A DNA stretch of 30,835 nucleotides from a virus, in IMG/VR virus record IMGVR_UViG_3300015608_001846, positions 120,001 to 150,835 of that record; one strand, written 5' to 3'. The notes beneath the pieces were generated by a model that ran no database searches, had not been told where the DNA came from, and saw only the letters and a list, made by a program, of their open reading frames with translations. The position numbers and the translations under genes are program-made. The stretch's first letter is position 1; every line of letters starts with the position of its first letter. Positions 15,366 through 24,533 of this stretch are shown here, piece after piece.

Positions 15366-16042
15366 CAGAACACCGTACCAAAAAACAACGCATTTGACAC
15401 TGAATCAGCAGGCAGCACCACCAACAGCTGCACGGCGCTGGGCCACTCTGCAGTGCCGGTCCAAGAGGCCGAATAGACGCCCGGTGTTGTCAAGATCTGG
15501 TGACTGGCGCCTGCTGAACGAAAATCAGCAAGCATGTTGCTCTCTTCTACCTGAGGGAAGGTGGCTGCCTGCGTCCCCGGCTGATACTCGGCTATGAATG
15601 CATCGAGCAGTGCTGCATTCGCATATGGGACCGTGATCGTCGTAGAGAAAAACGTGATGTTCGAACGGTATGAGCCACCGTTAGACGCAACCGGGTTGTC
15701 CTTCACACCTGCAAACGAGGCGACGGTCAGCTTGATCCGGTCACCAGACGGAATGATCGCTGCTGCGGCAGTGTACGTGCCTGCAGCGGGGAGCTGCGAC
15801 TCACGGAGGTAATAGAATGAGACGCGCTTTGATGCATCAGTGTGGGTCGCAGTCGTGTATGGTATCATCTGCACACCGTTGTACGTGCAGCTGAGGACGT
15901 TGAGGGCCGAAGGACCAGAGAACGACGTTGTGTGGACCCAAGCGATGACGATGCGATCGGAACCCGACGCTAGGGTGTGTGAAACTGAGACGCTGGGTGC
16001 TGTTCCCTCGACCTGTGCCGATGAATCGTACGTGATAGTCAT
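15365..16042 (-). CDS. Hypothetical fibre-block protein (beta-sandwich-like composition, possible distal or receptor-binding component)
   Basis: TAATG overlap with the upstream fibre gene. 225 aa, Ser/Thr/Ala-rich. Function not assignable from sequence alone. Confidence 0.55.
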   Translation of the reverse strand: MTITYDSSAQVEGTAPSVSVSHTLASGSDRIVIAWVHTTSFSGPSALNVLSCTYNGVQMIPYTTATHTDASKRVSFYYLRESQLPAAGTYTAAAAIIPSGDRIKLTVASFAGVKDNPVASNGGSYRSNITFFSTTITVPYANAALLDAFIAEYQPGTQAATFPQVEESNMLADFRSAGASHQILTTPGVYSASWTGTAEWPSAVQLLVVLPADSVSNALFFGTVF

Positions 16043-16830
16043 TACGCAAAGTTCAAGCTAGCAACACCGAAGTACTGGTTGCCGTTGTAGTAAAAAGTAC
16101 AGATGTCGATCTTACCAGAGCCGCTGGATAGCGTGGGAGCGCTAGCACCAGCCCACATGGCGATGCTAGCTGACGGCCACTGGATGCCGAACGGCCCTCC
16201 CGTCGGCCCCTGCACGATCCTCAGCAGGTAGTTGCCTACGTTGGGTGGGTTTGCTCCTGATGCAAAGGACGCTGTCACCGATGCCGTCAGTGTCAGGACC
16301 TGTTTTTGGCCATTGTTCCAATTGATCGTAGTCTGCCCACCACAGTTTCCGTTATCATACTCACGATCAAATCCGATCGTCTTGGCTGAACGGATCGATG
16401 AGCTGACCAAGCTGATGCCAGCTGACGCTGACACGGGACCCGTGAACGCGGCGCCTGTCAACATCGCAACGATGCTGTTGTCGACGCTGATGACATACGT
16501 TGATCCGGCACCACCGTCGACGACAACGATACCCGTCCCAGGAGTCAACACACGTTCGTTGGTCAACGTGCTGTCGGTCGACAACACAAGGTACTGAGCA
16601 CCTGCGGGTGCACCTGCACCGGCCTGAGCCCAATCTGTGTTAGCGTCAGTCCTTCGATAAAGAGCACCAGAAGCGATGTTCCAGAACAACTCACCAGGCG
16701 TCGGATCGCTAGGAAACAGGTTGCCCGATGGAACCAGCAGCTTACCTCCGGCAATGCGATCAAACGCAATGATGCCGGTGTGTCGCTTGTTAGAAGAGTC
16801 ATCGATGGCAACGTGAACGATTTCGATCAT
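16042..16830 (-). CDS. Tail fibre-like protein, short paralog
   Basis: ATGA overlap with the upstream gene; GGAGGG RBS. The N-terminal ~75 aa (VHVAIDDSSNKRHTGIIAFDRIAGGKLLVPSG..FPS....ELFWN..SGALYRRTDANTDW) are shared with 16827-17963 and 17963-19087. It contains the fibre repeat LTNERVLTPGTGIVVVDGGAGSTYVISVD. Confidence 0.7.
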   Translation of the reverse strand: MIEIVHVAIDDSSNKRHTGIIAFDRIAGGKLLVPSGNLFPSDPTPGELFWNIASGALYRRTDANTDWAQAGAGAPAGAQYLVLSTDSTLTNERVLTPGTGIVVVDGGAGSTYVISVDNSIVAMLTGAAFTGPVSASAGISLVSSSIRSAKTIGFDREYDNGNCGGQTTINWNNGQKQVLTLTASVTASFASGANPPNVGNYLLRIVQGPTGGPFGIQWPSASIAMWAGASAPTLSSGSGKIDICTFYYNGNQYFGVASLNFA

Positions 16831-17963
16831 GAGACCCTCCAGAGTTCCAGGGCGCGGTCGTGGACAGACGCGGTCACGTTCGCAACCAAGGCCTCCATCG
16901 ACACGTCAAGGCTAAACAACGCAACTGAACCTGTGATCCTTACGTAAGCAAAGCCGGAGCGCATGTTACGCTCGTTGGCTCCCAGTTCTGACATCTCTTC
17001 GACGGTATCATAGCTAGCTGAATTGATGATGAAACACCTAGCCCGAAACGAGTTAGTCGTGCTCTGAGCATGGAAGGTGTACGACCAACCGAAGCGGTAA
17101 ATGCCAGGCGTCAAGTTCGACGCTGTCAGGCTGATCGCAGACAGGTACGTCGCCGTGCCGTTGATGAACGGTTGTGCCGAGGAACCAGACACGAACCAAA
17201 AGTTTTGTCCGAACCAACTGGTCGAACCCGATGTCACCTGTCCCTTAGCGTTGACAGCGACCTCGCCGTACGTACCGGCAGTGCCGGTGTTGGCAATGTC
17301 AAGCGTCAACGTACCACCCGGTCCAGTATCAATCGCTGACAACACGCTGCCAGAGACGTTCAACACGCGTTCGTTGGGCAGCGAAGCCGTCGAGTTCAGG
17401 ACCAAATAAGTGGCCAACGAATCAGCTGGGACAATGGATGCGTAGGCGTTAGCAACTGTCACCTGACCGTTGCTCGCTGAACTGACTGTGATGCCTGCTC
17501 CGCCGACCAGGTACGATAATCCAGGCGCAACTTGTTGTAGCGACCCCGATAACCCAGCCGACGCTGACACCGGTCCAGTGAACAACGTCCCGGTGACAGT
17601 GGCTGTCACTCGGTCGTCAATTCCAACAGTGACAGTAGAGTTCGAACCGCCGTCAGTGACAGTGATGCCGGACCCAGCTGTCAACGCTCGTTCGTTGGGC
17701 AGCGATCCGGTGTTACCCATCGTCACGTAGGCTGCGTTCTGGTCGGCGCCCAGCGCGATCCAGTCAGTGTTTTGTTCGTTACGAACGTACAGCGTGCCTG
17801 ACAATGCATTCCAGAACAACTCACGTGAAAACGATGAGGTTGGAAAGGCCGTGCCACCCGGCACGACCAGGACGCCTCCCAATGATCGACTGTACTCGTT
17901 ACGACCGGTGATCAACCGATCAGAGCTATCGTCAATGACAATCTGTACGATCTTAAGCGACAT
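16827..17963 (-). CDS. Tail fibre protein, paralog B
   Basis: ATG 17963 overlaps the upstream TGA by 1 nt; GGAAGGTG RBS. It has the shared N-terminal module and LPNERALTAGSGITVTDGGSNSTVTVGID repeats. The C-terminal ~130 aa are near-colinear with paralog A (SNLTPGIYRFGWSY..SFRARCFI.NSASYDTVEE.SE.GANER..RSGFA.VR.T.S..LF.L.VS......DRALELW.VS). Confidence 0.75.
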   Translation of the reverse strand: MSLKIVQIVIDDSSDRLITGRNEYSRSLGGVLVVPGGTAFPTSSFSRELFWNALSGTLYVRNEQNTDWIALGADQNAAYVTMGNTGSLPNERALTAGSGITVTDGGSNSTVTVGIDDRVTATVTGTLFTGPVSASAGLSGSLQQVAPGLSYLVGGAGITVSSASNGQVTVANAYASIVPADSLATYLVLNSTASLPNERVLNVSGSVLSAIDTGPGGTLTLDIANTGTAGTYGEVAVNAKGQVTSGSTSWFGQNFWFVSGSSAQPFINGTATYLSAISLTASNLTPGIYRFGWSYTFHAQSTTNSFRARCFIINSASYDTVEEMSELGANERNMRSGFAYVRITGSVALFSLDVSMEALVANVTASVHDRALELWRVS

Positions 17964-19087
17964 CAAGACACCTTCCAGAGTTCAAGCGCACGATCATAGA
18001 TCCTCGTTACGGTAGTACCTGACTCCTCAGACACCTCTAGCGCAAACAGACCGATCGAATCTGTCACCCTGACGAACGCAAAACCTGATCGAAGAAGGCG
18101 CTCGTTGGCACCGATCTCTGAGACCTCTTCGACAGTGTCGTAGCTGGCCGAATTGAGGATGAAACACCGAGCTCGAAAAGAGCTGGCTGCGTTGCCGCGG
18201 TAGTAGACGTATGACCATCCGAAGCGGTAGATCCCAGGCGTCAGGTTCGACGCTGTCATCGTCAATGCTGCGAGGTACGTCGTCGACGGATTGCTGAACG
18301 GTTGCGCTGAAGAACCCGTAACGTACCAGAGGTGTTGCCCAAACCACGTCGTCGACCCAGACGTCACCTGTCCTTTATTGTTGACAGCGATGCCGCGGCC
18401 TTGGTAGGTTCCCGGAGCAACCGTGCTAGAGATGTCAAGTGTCAACGATGTTCCAGTGTCGACAACAGACACCGCGCTACCGGAAGCATTGAAGATGCGT
18501 TCTGCGGGTAACGTTGAATTTGACGTCAACATCAGGTAAGCGGCTGCGTTGTCTGCACCCGTAGGAGGCGTCGACGCTGTCATGAACACTTGACCGTTTA
18601 CGGCCGTCGTGATCATGACACCTGCACCAGCCAGCAAGTATGGCAACCCGACTGACACCTGTTGCAATGAACCCGATAGGCCACGCGACGCCGACACTGG
18701 TCCAGTGAACTGTGTGCCGGACACTGTTGCAACGCTAGCATTGCTTATCGACAGTGACACTGTCGAACCGGCACCGCCGTCTGTGACAACGATGCTCGGA
18801 GCAGCTGCAAGCTGACGTTCATTGAACAGTGACCCTGTTGACGTCAACACCACAAACGGTGCCGCAGCCGGCGCGCCAAGCACCAATCGCCAGTCGGTGT
18901 TCTGTTCGTTGCGAACGTAAAACGCACCTGACGTCGTGTTCCAGATGAGCTCCCGAGCGTACGTTTCTGTCGGAAAGGTTGACACAGTTGGGACAAGCAA
19001 CGTCCCACCTTTCGTTCGATCAAACTCCCACCTACCGGTCAACGTCCGACCAGATGATTCATCAAATGATACCGGAACGTATTTCAT
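17963..19087 (-). CDS. Tail fibre protein, paralog A
   Basis: TGATG overlap with the upstream gene. It has the same N-terminal module, fibre repeats and C-terminal domain as 16827-17963. Confidence 0.75.
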   Translation of the reverse strand: MKYVPVSFDESSGRTLTGRWEFDRTKGGTLLVPTVSTFPTETYARELIWNTTSGAFYVRNEQNTDWRLVLGAPAAAPFVVLTSTGSLFNERQLAAAPSIVVTDGGAGSTVSLSISNASVATVSGTQFTGPVSASRGLSGSLQQVSVGLPYLLAGAGVMITTAVNGQVFMTASTPPTGADNAAAYLMLTSNSTLPAERIFNASGSAVSVVDTGTSLTLDISSTVAPGTYQGRGIAVNNKGQVTSGSTTWFGQHLWYVTGSSAQPFSNPSTTYLAALTMTASNLTPGIYRFGWSYVYYRGNAASSFRARCFILNSASYDTVEEVSEIGANERLLRSGFAFVRVTDSIGLFALEVSEESGTTVTRIYDRALELWKVS

Positions 19088-19554
19088 CAGAAACGAACTC
19101 GAGAGATTGCGATGATGCGATTACGCGTGTTGTACGTCGGCGCCTCAACGATTCGATAGCTAAGGGTGCCCGTCGCATCATACTGGCTCGAGGTTAGTGC
19201 CTGGACCAAGAAATTGCTACCGGTGTACTGAAGATCGAATTGTTGGACCTTCCGTGTTAAGGTCTGATCCGCCCAAACTACGTACTGCGTTAAGCGATAG
19301 CTGTTGTCGTAGGACGCTTGGTCGTACGACGAAGAGACGACTTCATGAGCCAACGTAAACTCACGCTCGTGCTGAAACGATGACAGCCCTAATCCTCGTA
19401 CTGTCCCTTCTTCGTTAAAGAAGAAACCGCTCCCAGAAACAGTCCCTGACGCATACTGGACAGTGCCGACTTGTGATGGCAAACTGGCCGTTGGGATGAA
19501 CCTCAGGTCCTCTTCAATACGCTGCCCGGGAAATGTATCAGGTGTTCTAGCCAT
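19087..19554 (-). CDS. Hypothetical fibre-block protein
   Basis: 155 aa. Its start overlaps the upstream stop by 8 nt and its stop overlaps the downstream ATG by 1 nt. Confidence 0.55.
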   Translation of the reverse strand: MARTPDTFPGQRIEEDLRFIPTASLPSQVGTVQYASGTVSGSGFFFNEEGTVRGLGLSSFQHEREFTLAHEVVSSSYDQASYDNSYRLTQYVVWADQTLTRKVQQFDLQYTGSNFLVQALTSSQYDATGTLSYRIVEAPTYNTRNRIIAISRVRF

Positions 19555-20062
19555 CTCGCTTCGACCTCTTACCTATCTGTTTGGTCTCACGCGAGGCCTG
19601 TGACGTTTTGATGGCCTGTATCGGGTTCCCTGGGTTGGCTCCGACGGGACGAGTTAGCTGAATCGGATCCGGATCATTCTCAAACTTCTGTTGCTGTGCC
19701 AGCTTATCGCGCTCAGCATCGTAAACGTTTTTGATGTCAGCAACGGCACGTTGCAATGCCTCGACGCTGCCTTGTGCTTTAAGTCGGCGGACCTCAGCAT
19801 CGTTGTGTAGCTGCCTCACGATGTCGATACACCGGTTGACGTACGTCTTGCCGTACTCGCCTTCCTTGATTGGTACCTTAGCTCGAGCCAAATCACTGAT
19901 CATCGCCTGTCGGTAGTTCTCCAGCGCCTGCCCAGCCATCCCAAACGCCAGTTTCATAGCATCTAGGTTGTGCAGCTCTTTTTCGTAGAGCTCAAGCAGA
20001 TCATCGACACGTGATCCCACAGCATGTGACCCAGCGACGCGCCCAGATTGAAACTCACTCAC
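19547..20062 (-). CDS. Hypothetical helical protein (possible assembly factor)
   Basis: GTG start. 171 aa, coiled-coil-like charged composition with a basic C-terminus. It lies within the coupled fibre block. Confidence 0.5.
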   Translation of the reverse strand: MSEFQSGRVAGSHAVGSRVDDLLELYEKELHNLDAMKLAFGMAGQALENYRQAMISDLARAKVPIKEGEYGKTYVNRCIDIVRQLHNDAEVRRLKAQGSVEALQRAVADIKNVYDAERDKLAQQQKFENDPDPIQLTRPVGANPGNPIQAIKTSQASRETKQIGKRSKRDG

Positions 20063-20102
20063 GTGATCAATCTAACTTACGACGTCGTCAAGTGTCAGTG
20101 GA

Positions 20103-21707
20103 TCAGCCGTAAATGATCATCGACAGCTGCGAGCCCGATCTGACAGTGAACGGAAACTTTAGGTCACCCGTTGAGATCGTAGTACCCGGATAGACGTCGT
20201 TCGGATCGGCTGACGTCAATCCAGGCAGCAACAAAACGCCGTTGTAGTAGATCTCAACGTCTTTCTTGAAATCACGACCGACGTAGCTGCCCAACTGAGC
20301 ATCGAGGTTGGTCGGGAAGGTGATGTTGGTGTCAGCAACGGTGTCAACGTTGATGCCAGCGGTGTAGCGGCGACGCTTGACGCTCGAAGACAGCGACTGT
20401 GAGATGAAGTTGAAGGCACCAAGCACGCTAGAGACGCCGTAGCCGCTGACAAAGCTGTTCCACTCGATCGTCGACGTCGACAGAGGAATGATACCACCCG
20501 TGTACGTTGAACCGACGCCAAAAAAGTCAGCGAACCTCAACTGAGAACCGCCAGACAGCAACAAGTTGGTGCCGCTCAATGTGTTGACAGTTCCAGCGAT
20601 GACGCCCACGTTGACCTGTGACGTAGCTGACGATGTTGCGACAGAGATGCCTTGATTGAAGCTCGAAGCAACTGAGCTCGAGAAGGCAATACGACTGACA
20701 TTGACAGTCATGGTGTCTTCGGTGTCGGACGACACCAGCTTCCACAACTCGGTAGTACCCGACAAGAATGCCCAAGAAAAACCGGCTGCGATCTGGATGG
20801 CGATGTTCTGTGTCTGGGTGACCGTGCCGGCCTGGTTATCAATGGCACGATCTAACGTGATGTCAGTGAAGGTCAGGCCTCCACCGGCGCCGCCCGCTGA
20901 TTCCGGAACGTCGAGGAAGATCCGGTCACGGAGGTACGCATCCTCCGGGATGTCATCGAGTGACGATCGTCGAACATAGGAGTACGTGATAGCGCGCCCG
21001 CCGACTGCGCCTGCGTTAGCAGGGGTCAGGCTTGAGGTCTGATTGATCGTCACTTCATAGACAAAGGAGATCTGTGATCGGTGTGTCGAATCATTGAACA
21101 CGTCTCCTGTCACAGTGCCGTTCTCTACCTGCAACAGGCCGTAGACATCGCGCCCGTTAGAGGCGGTGATGTTGTTGCCCGACCAGGCGTCGCGGATGAT
21201 GACCAGGTTCTTGGGTGATGTCACTGTCGAACCCGACGTTTGGGCCATGCTGTGCGCAGCGTACGTACCCTCAGAACCACTCAACAGTGCAACGAGCGAT
21301 CCGGTCGCTAGCGTCGACGCCAGGTTTGGGTGGCTGACGACGGCAAAGTTTGCAGGAGCTGTCCCCAGCGCCGAAGACAGAAGGGCAAAGTTGCTACCCG
21401 TCGCGACGCTAACAATGTTGAGGTTGGTGTTCCGGAACAGGAAGCGCTTCTGTTCGAGATCTGTCAGGTCAGAGTTCAACGTGTTCAGACCACGTGCCGA
21501 GTTCGAACCTGACGGAGCTGTGATAGCATCGTACCACGAACCAGACACACCGGCCCAAAGGATGCGACGGATCTGTGATCTGATTGCGTTCAGGTCTGTC
21601 TGGATTGACGTCGACGCTGTCTGCAACGTAGAACCTGCAGCCAGGGTGTCATCAAACTGATCCGACTTAAAGACTTGGGTGGGTTGATCGATGAACGTTC
21701 GAGGCAT
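20103..21707 (-). CDS. Virion structural protein (fibre or baseplate-associated), 534 aa
   Basis: AAGGTG RBS. It is Ser/Thr/Gly/Asn-rich with beta-type composition. The N-terminal segment TDLNAIRSQIRRILWAGVSGSWYD is of a kind seen in phage fibre-like structural proteins. It is preceded by the GAATACTTAC element. Confidence 0.6.
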   Translation of the reverse strand: MPRTFIDQPTQVFKSDQFDDTLAAGSTLQTASTSIQTDLNAIRSQIRRILWAGVSGSWYDAITAPSGSNSARGLNTLNSDLTDLEQKRFLFRNTNLNIVSVATGSNFALLSSALGTAPANFAVVSHPNLASTLATGSLVALLSGSEGTYAAHSMAQTSGSTVTSPKNLVIIRDAWSGNNITASNGRDVYGLLQVENGTVTGDVFNDSTHRSQISFVYEVTINQTSSLTPANAGAVGGRAITYSYVRRSSLDDIPEDAYLRDRIFLDVPESAGGAGGGLTFTDITLDRAIDNQAGTVTQTQNIAIQIAAGFSWAFLSGTTELWKLVSSDTEDTMTVNVSRIAFSSSVASSFNQGISVATSSATSQVNVGVIAGTVNTLSGTNLLLSGGSQLRFADFFGVGSTYTGGIIPLSTSTIEWNSFVSGYGVSSVLGAFNFISQSLSSSVKRRRYTAGINVDTVADTNITFPTNLDAQLGSYVGRDFKKDVEIYYNGVLLLPGLTSADPNDVYPGTTISTGDLKFPFTVRSGSQLSMIIYG

Positions 21708-21745
21708 GGCACCTTGTTGTCAGACCCTCATTATGATCTGTCGAC

Positions 21746-21755
21746 GTAAGTATTC
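21746..21755 (-). promoter_or_regulatory. GAATACTTAC element, candidate phage (late) promoter, 38 nt upstream of ATG 21707
   Basis: Exact copy of the 10-mer at 9669-9678, with identical spacing to the start codon. Confidence 0.35.
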
Positions 21756-21766
21756 GAACAAAGCGC

Positions 21767-22480
21767 CTAGTAAGGGTATGTCGCTGCTAGGTTGCTGCCG
21801 CTTCGATAGGCGTTATTCATCCGGATGGTCGATCCTCCTATGACCACATAGTCAGAATCGTTGCCTTGTTTTTGCAGCACACCGTTAACATAGAACATCA
21901 ATGACGATAGAGGAGATGGAACCTGCGACAGGGTGAAGTCAGTGTTGACACCGTCGTTTGATCCGGATGGGATCTCCATCCACGCCATCGACAACGAGCT
22001 GGTCACGACGGTCGTGTACGGATACGTCGCTGCTAGGTTGCTGCCGCTTGGACACGAAAATGCGAGGCGGGCAACGTTAGTCGTCGCCATCACGTAGTCG
22101 CTGTCGAGCCCCTGGGTGAGCAACACACCGTTGAGGTATAGCATCAACGACGACAACGGGTTGGGAACGTTGCTAAGGGTGAAGTCGGTGTTAAGTCCGT
22201 CGGCTGAGCCAGATGGGATCTCCATCCAAGCGATCTGCGTAGTACCCCCGCCTCCGCCGGCGCCCGTCGATGAAATGACCAGATCACCGCCCGGACCACC
22301 ATCAGTTATGGTTATGTTCGATCCCGCCTTGAGCCTCCTGGCAGCCGCAGGAACAAAGCCGCTCGAGCCTGAGACCAACAACCACGGTGAAGTGGTGACA
22401 CACAAGTCTAGGGTATCATGGCTCACTTGACCAGAATTGTCAAGCTCTCCATGGTCGGTCACTACCCTAGTTGCCGTCAT
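21767..22480 (-). CDS. Fibre-like protein with two tandem C-terminal ~73-aa domains
   Basis: AGGAAC RBS. The N-terminus has DHGELDNSGQVSHDTLD and LKAGSNITITDGGPGGDLVISS fibre-type motifs and a Gly5 linker. These are followed by two copies of AWMEIPSGS.DG.NTDFTLS.VP.PLSSLM.Y.NGVL...G.DSDYV......SGSNLAATYPY. Confidence 0.7.
   Translation of the reverse strand: MTATRVVTDHGELDNSGQVSHDTLDLCVTTSPWLLVSGSSGFVPAAARRLKAGSNITITDGGPGGDLVISSTGAGGGGGTTQIAWMEIPSGSADGLNTDFTLSNVPNPLSSLMLYLNGVLLTQGLDSDYVMATTNVARLAFSCPSGSNLAATYPYTTVVTSSLSMAWMEIPSGSNDGVNTDFTLSQVPSPLSSLMFYVNGVLQKQGNDSDYVVIGGSTIRMNNAYRSGSNLAATYPY
21770..22234 (-). repeat. Intragenic tandem duplication: two 219-nt domain units (22016-22234 and 21770-21988), period 246 nt
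   Basis: The protein repeats are aa 83-155 and 165-237. Similarity is also visible at DNA level, e.g. tcgctgctaggttgctgccgctt at ~21781 and ~22027. Confidence 0.8.
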
Positions 22481-22518
22481 CTAATGGGTTCCTGATCGTC
22501 AAGCAAATTACAACGAGA

Positions 22519-22839
22519 TCAACCACCGTGCGACTTGATGGCACGTTCCTGTCGTTGTGCAGCGGCCTTTGATGCATGCGTCCCAAGACGTCGACGCTTG
22601 CCGCCCTTGCGGCCTTTGGTGTAGAGGCACCACTGTGACCCACAGCGACGAATGATCTCACTGACCAGGTCGCGGATCAACGATCGCACCTCATCGAGTC
22701 GTTCATTGTCGGACGATGCATCATCGGTTCCGTCAGCAGTCGTCAACGTCATCGACCCCCTCGACGAGGGCGCTCGATAACCAAGACTGGTGCCTGATGT
22801 AGCCGCCGTCTTTGCTTGCTCGTTTTTTCTGGGTGGCAT
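22519..22839 (-). CDS. Hypothetical small basic protein
   Basis: 106 aa. It has an internal RLDEVRSLIRDLVSEIIRR helix resembling the LKRLIKEE motif, and a basic C-terminus KGRKGGKRRRLGTHASKAAAQRQERAI. Confidence 0.5.
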   Translation of the reverse strand: MPPRKNEQAKTAATSGTSLGYRAPSSRGSMTLTTADGTDDASSDNERLDEVRSLIRDLVSEIIRRCGSQWCLYTKGRKGGKRRRLGTHASKAAAQRQERAIKSHGG

Positions 22840-22877
22840 GGGTGCGTACTAACGATGGTGAATGTTGAAATCTCAAC

Positions 22878-23657
22878 TTAGCCCGCAAGCGTTTCTTGAT
22901 TGATGCTTCGGCGAATTCTTGACACAGCGGCTCTAACTGAACCATGCGTAACACCTAATCTAGCAGCAATCTCCAACATCGTAAGCTTACTATGAAAGTA
23001 GTACTCTCTTATTGCATCCTCGTCTCCTGGCTTAAGCATGCTTGTTCCTGGAGTGCGACAGTGGTAAGATCGATCTTTGTGTCGACGGTTACGCTTTAGT
23101 GCCCAACGCTGACACCATGGCCAACGTTGAATTCTTACCCGTGGAGAAAATCCATGCCGCGTTAAGAAGCTCGAAAGGCAGCTAGCTGTACACCTAAGTT
23201 CCTTGCTAATTTCGTTCAACGACGCACCGTGATCGAGGCGGTCGATGATTGCGACGATTTGTTGATCATCAATCTTGCGCATTGATTTTCGTCGCTCAAG
23301 AGACAGTGTTTTCCCTGCATGGACTTTAGAAATTCTAGCTCGAGTCAGGGCGCACGGGCGTGCGCCCCCGATTCCTCCTTCGTTCATGTTGTAACCGATC
23401 ATCGGATCGTTTGAACGATGCTCAATGATCAATTCGCTCTCACGTCGAAAGGCTTCTTCCTCAGTCGACAGTTCTTCAAGCACGCTGAACAAGAATCTAT
23501 CAATGCCGTATTTTTTGATCGCAGCGCGAATCATCATCCCATTTTTGTCATCGATCCTTGTGTAGTTTTTCCACCTAGCAACTGGATCATTTGACTTACC
23601 AATGTAGATCTTGCCGTTAAGAATGTTAACGATCTTATATACATAAGATGATCTCAT
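22878..23657 (-). CDS. GIY-YIG family homing endonuclease (Seg-like), free-standing
   Basis: The N-terminus YVYKIVNILNGKIYIGKS carries the GIY..YIG motifs. Downstream are R..H-region residues, KYGIDRFLFSVLE and GYNMNEGG. The C-terminal region is helix-turn-helix-like. By eye it is more A/T-rich than its neighbours. The start overlaps the endolysin stop (ATGA). Confidence 0.85.
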   Translation of the reverse strand: MRSSYVYKIVNILNGKIYIGKSNDPVARWKNYTRIDDKNGMMIRAAIKKYGIDRFLFSVLEELSTEEEAFRRESELIIEHRSNDPMIGYNMNEGGIGGARPCALTRARISKVHAGKTLSLERRKSMRKIDDQQIVAIIDRLDHGASLNEISKELRCTASCLSSFLTRHGFSPRVRIQRWPWCQRWALKRNRRHKDRSYHCRTPGTSMLKPGDEDAIREYYFHSKLTMLEIAARLGVTHGSVRAAVSRIRRSINQETLAG

Positions 23658-24433
23658 TGAATTTTCAAAACCTCAAAATGCATACCGTCAGGTCGTCTGA
23701 GGTAGTGGCCTCCCCAAGCGAAACCGTGCTCGTTTGCAATGCCAACCAGCTCGCGTACGCTGCCTTTCTGCCCCTTGAGGGCAGGACGCGCACCTAACAT
23801 GTTCCATGCAACGTTGATGTCAAACGCTGTCCCCCAGGCGTGGTTCGACAACGAGGTACGCGAACCTCTGACGAACCGTGGTGCAAACGATCCACCCCAC
23901 GTCAACACGCGATCGATGAGCCCCGCAGAATCCCAGGCCGCAAAGACACCTTGCAACTGGCTAGCACAACGTTTGTTAAACGGAACCTTGGTCGATGTTG
24001 CGTAGGCTACGCCTTTTAACTGAGGGACGTCGACGTTGATGATGTTTTGAGCGATCCAATCACCATGGATGACAATCCCTTCGGGATTGCCAAGGGTTGG
24101 CATCGGAGAGTATGAAAACCTGCCAAAGTCATTTTCACGTTGTTGAAGGCTAGGCACAACCCATCCATCAGGTGGCGGGGGCCAATTGGGTCCAAATTCA
24201 TCATCGCTGTCATCGATCGTCGGATCGAAGCCAGAATGCATCGCAGATGCCAGCGTCTGTGGACCGACAACGCCGTCATCAGCCAGACAACAGGCTGCTT
24301 GGAACTGGCGTGTGGCTACCATCGTTTGCGGATCAAACGCTCCAGTGACTATGATCGATCGACCGGTACCCACCAAGAAGTGTTGCCACCTTTCCACGTC
24401 CGACCCAGACATTCCCTGTCGCAGAACGCGCAT
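23654..24433 (-). CDS. Endolysin: N-terminal peptidoglycan-binding domain + C-terminal zinc peptidase M15 (VanY / L-Ala-D-Glu peptidase-like)
   Basis: GGAGGTGA RBS lies 5 nt before ATG 24433. The PG_binding_1-like segment is GMSGSDVERWQHFLVG..GAFDPQTMVATRQFQ..LADDGVVGPQTL. The metal-ligand pattern is SNHAWGTAFD (H-x6-D) and RPDGMHFE (D-x-x-H). Confidence 0.85.
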   Translation of the reverse strand: MRVLRQGMSGSDVERWQHFLVGTGRSIIVTGAFDPQTMVATRQFQAACCLADDGVVGPQTLASAMHSGFDPTIDDSDDEFGPNWPPPPDGWVVPSLQQRENDFGRFSYSPMPTLGNPEGIVIHGDWIAQNIINVDVPQLKGVAYATSTKVPFNKRCASQLQGVFAAWDSAGLIDRVLTWGGSFAPRFVRGSRTSLSNHAWGTAFDINVAWNMLGARPALKGQKGSVRELVGIANEHGFAWGGHYLRRPDGMHFEVLKIQ

Positions 24434-24533
24434 CACTCACCTCCGTTCATTCAATGGTCTTGACGAATCGAAATCACTGGAGCGTTTGTTTTGGGAGTCA
24501 GCCATGTCGAAATCCATCCTCGATTCGTGATCG

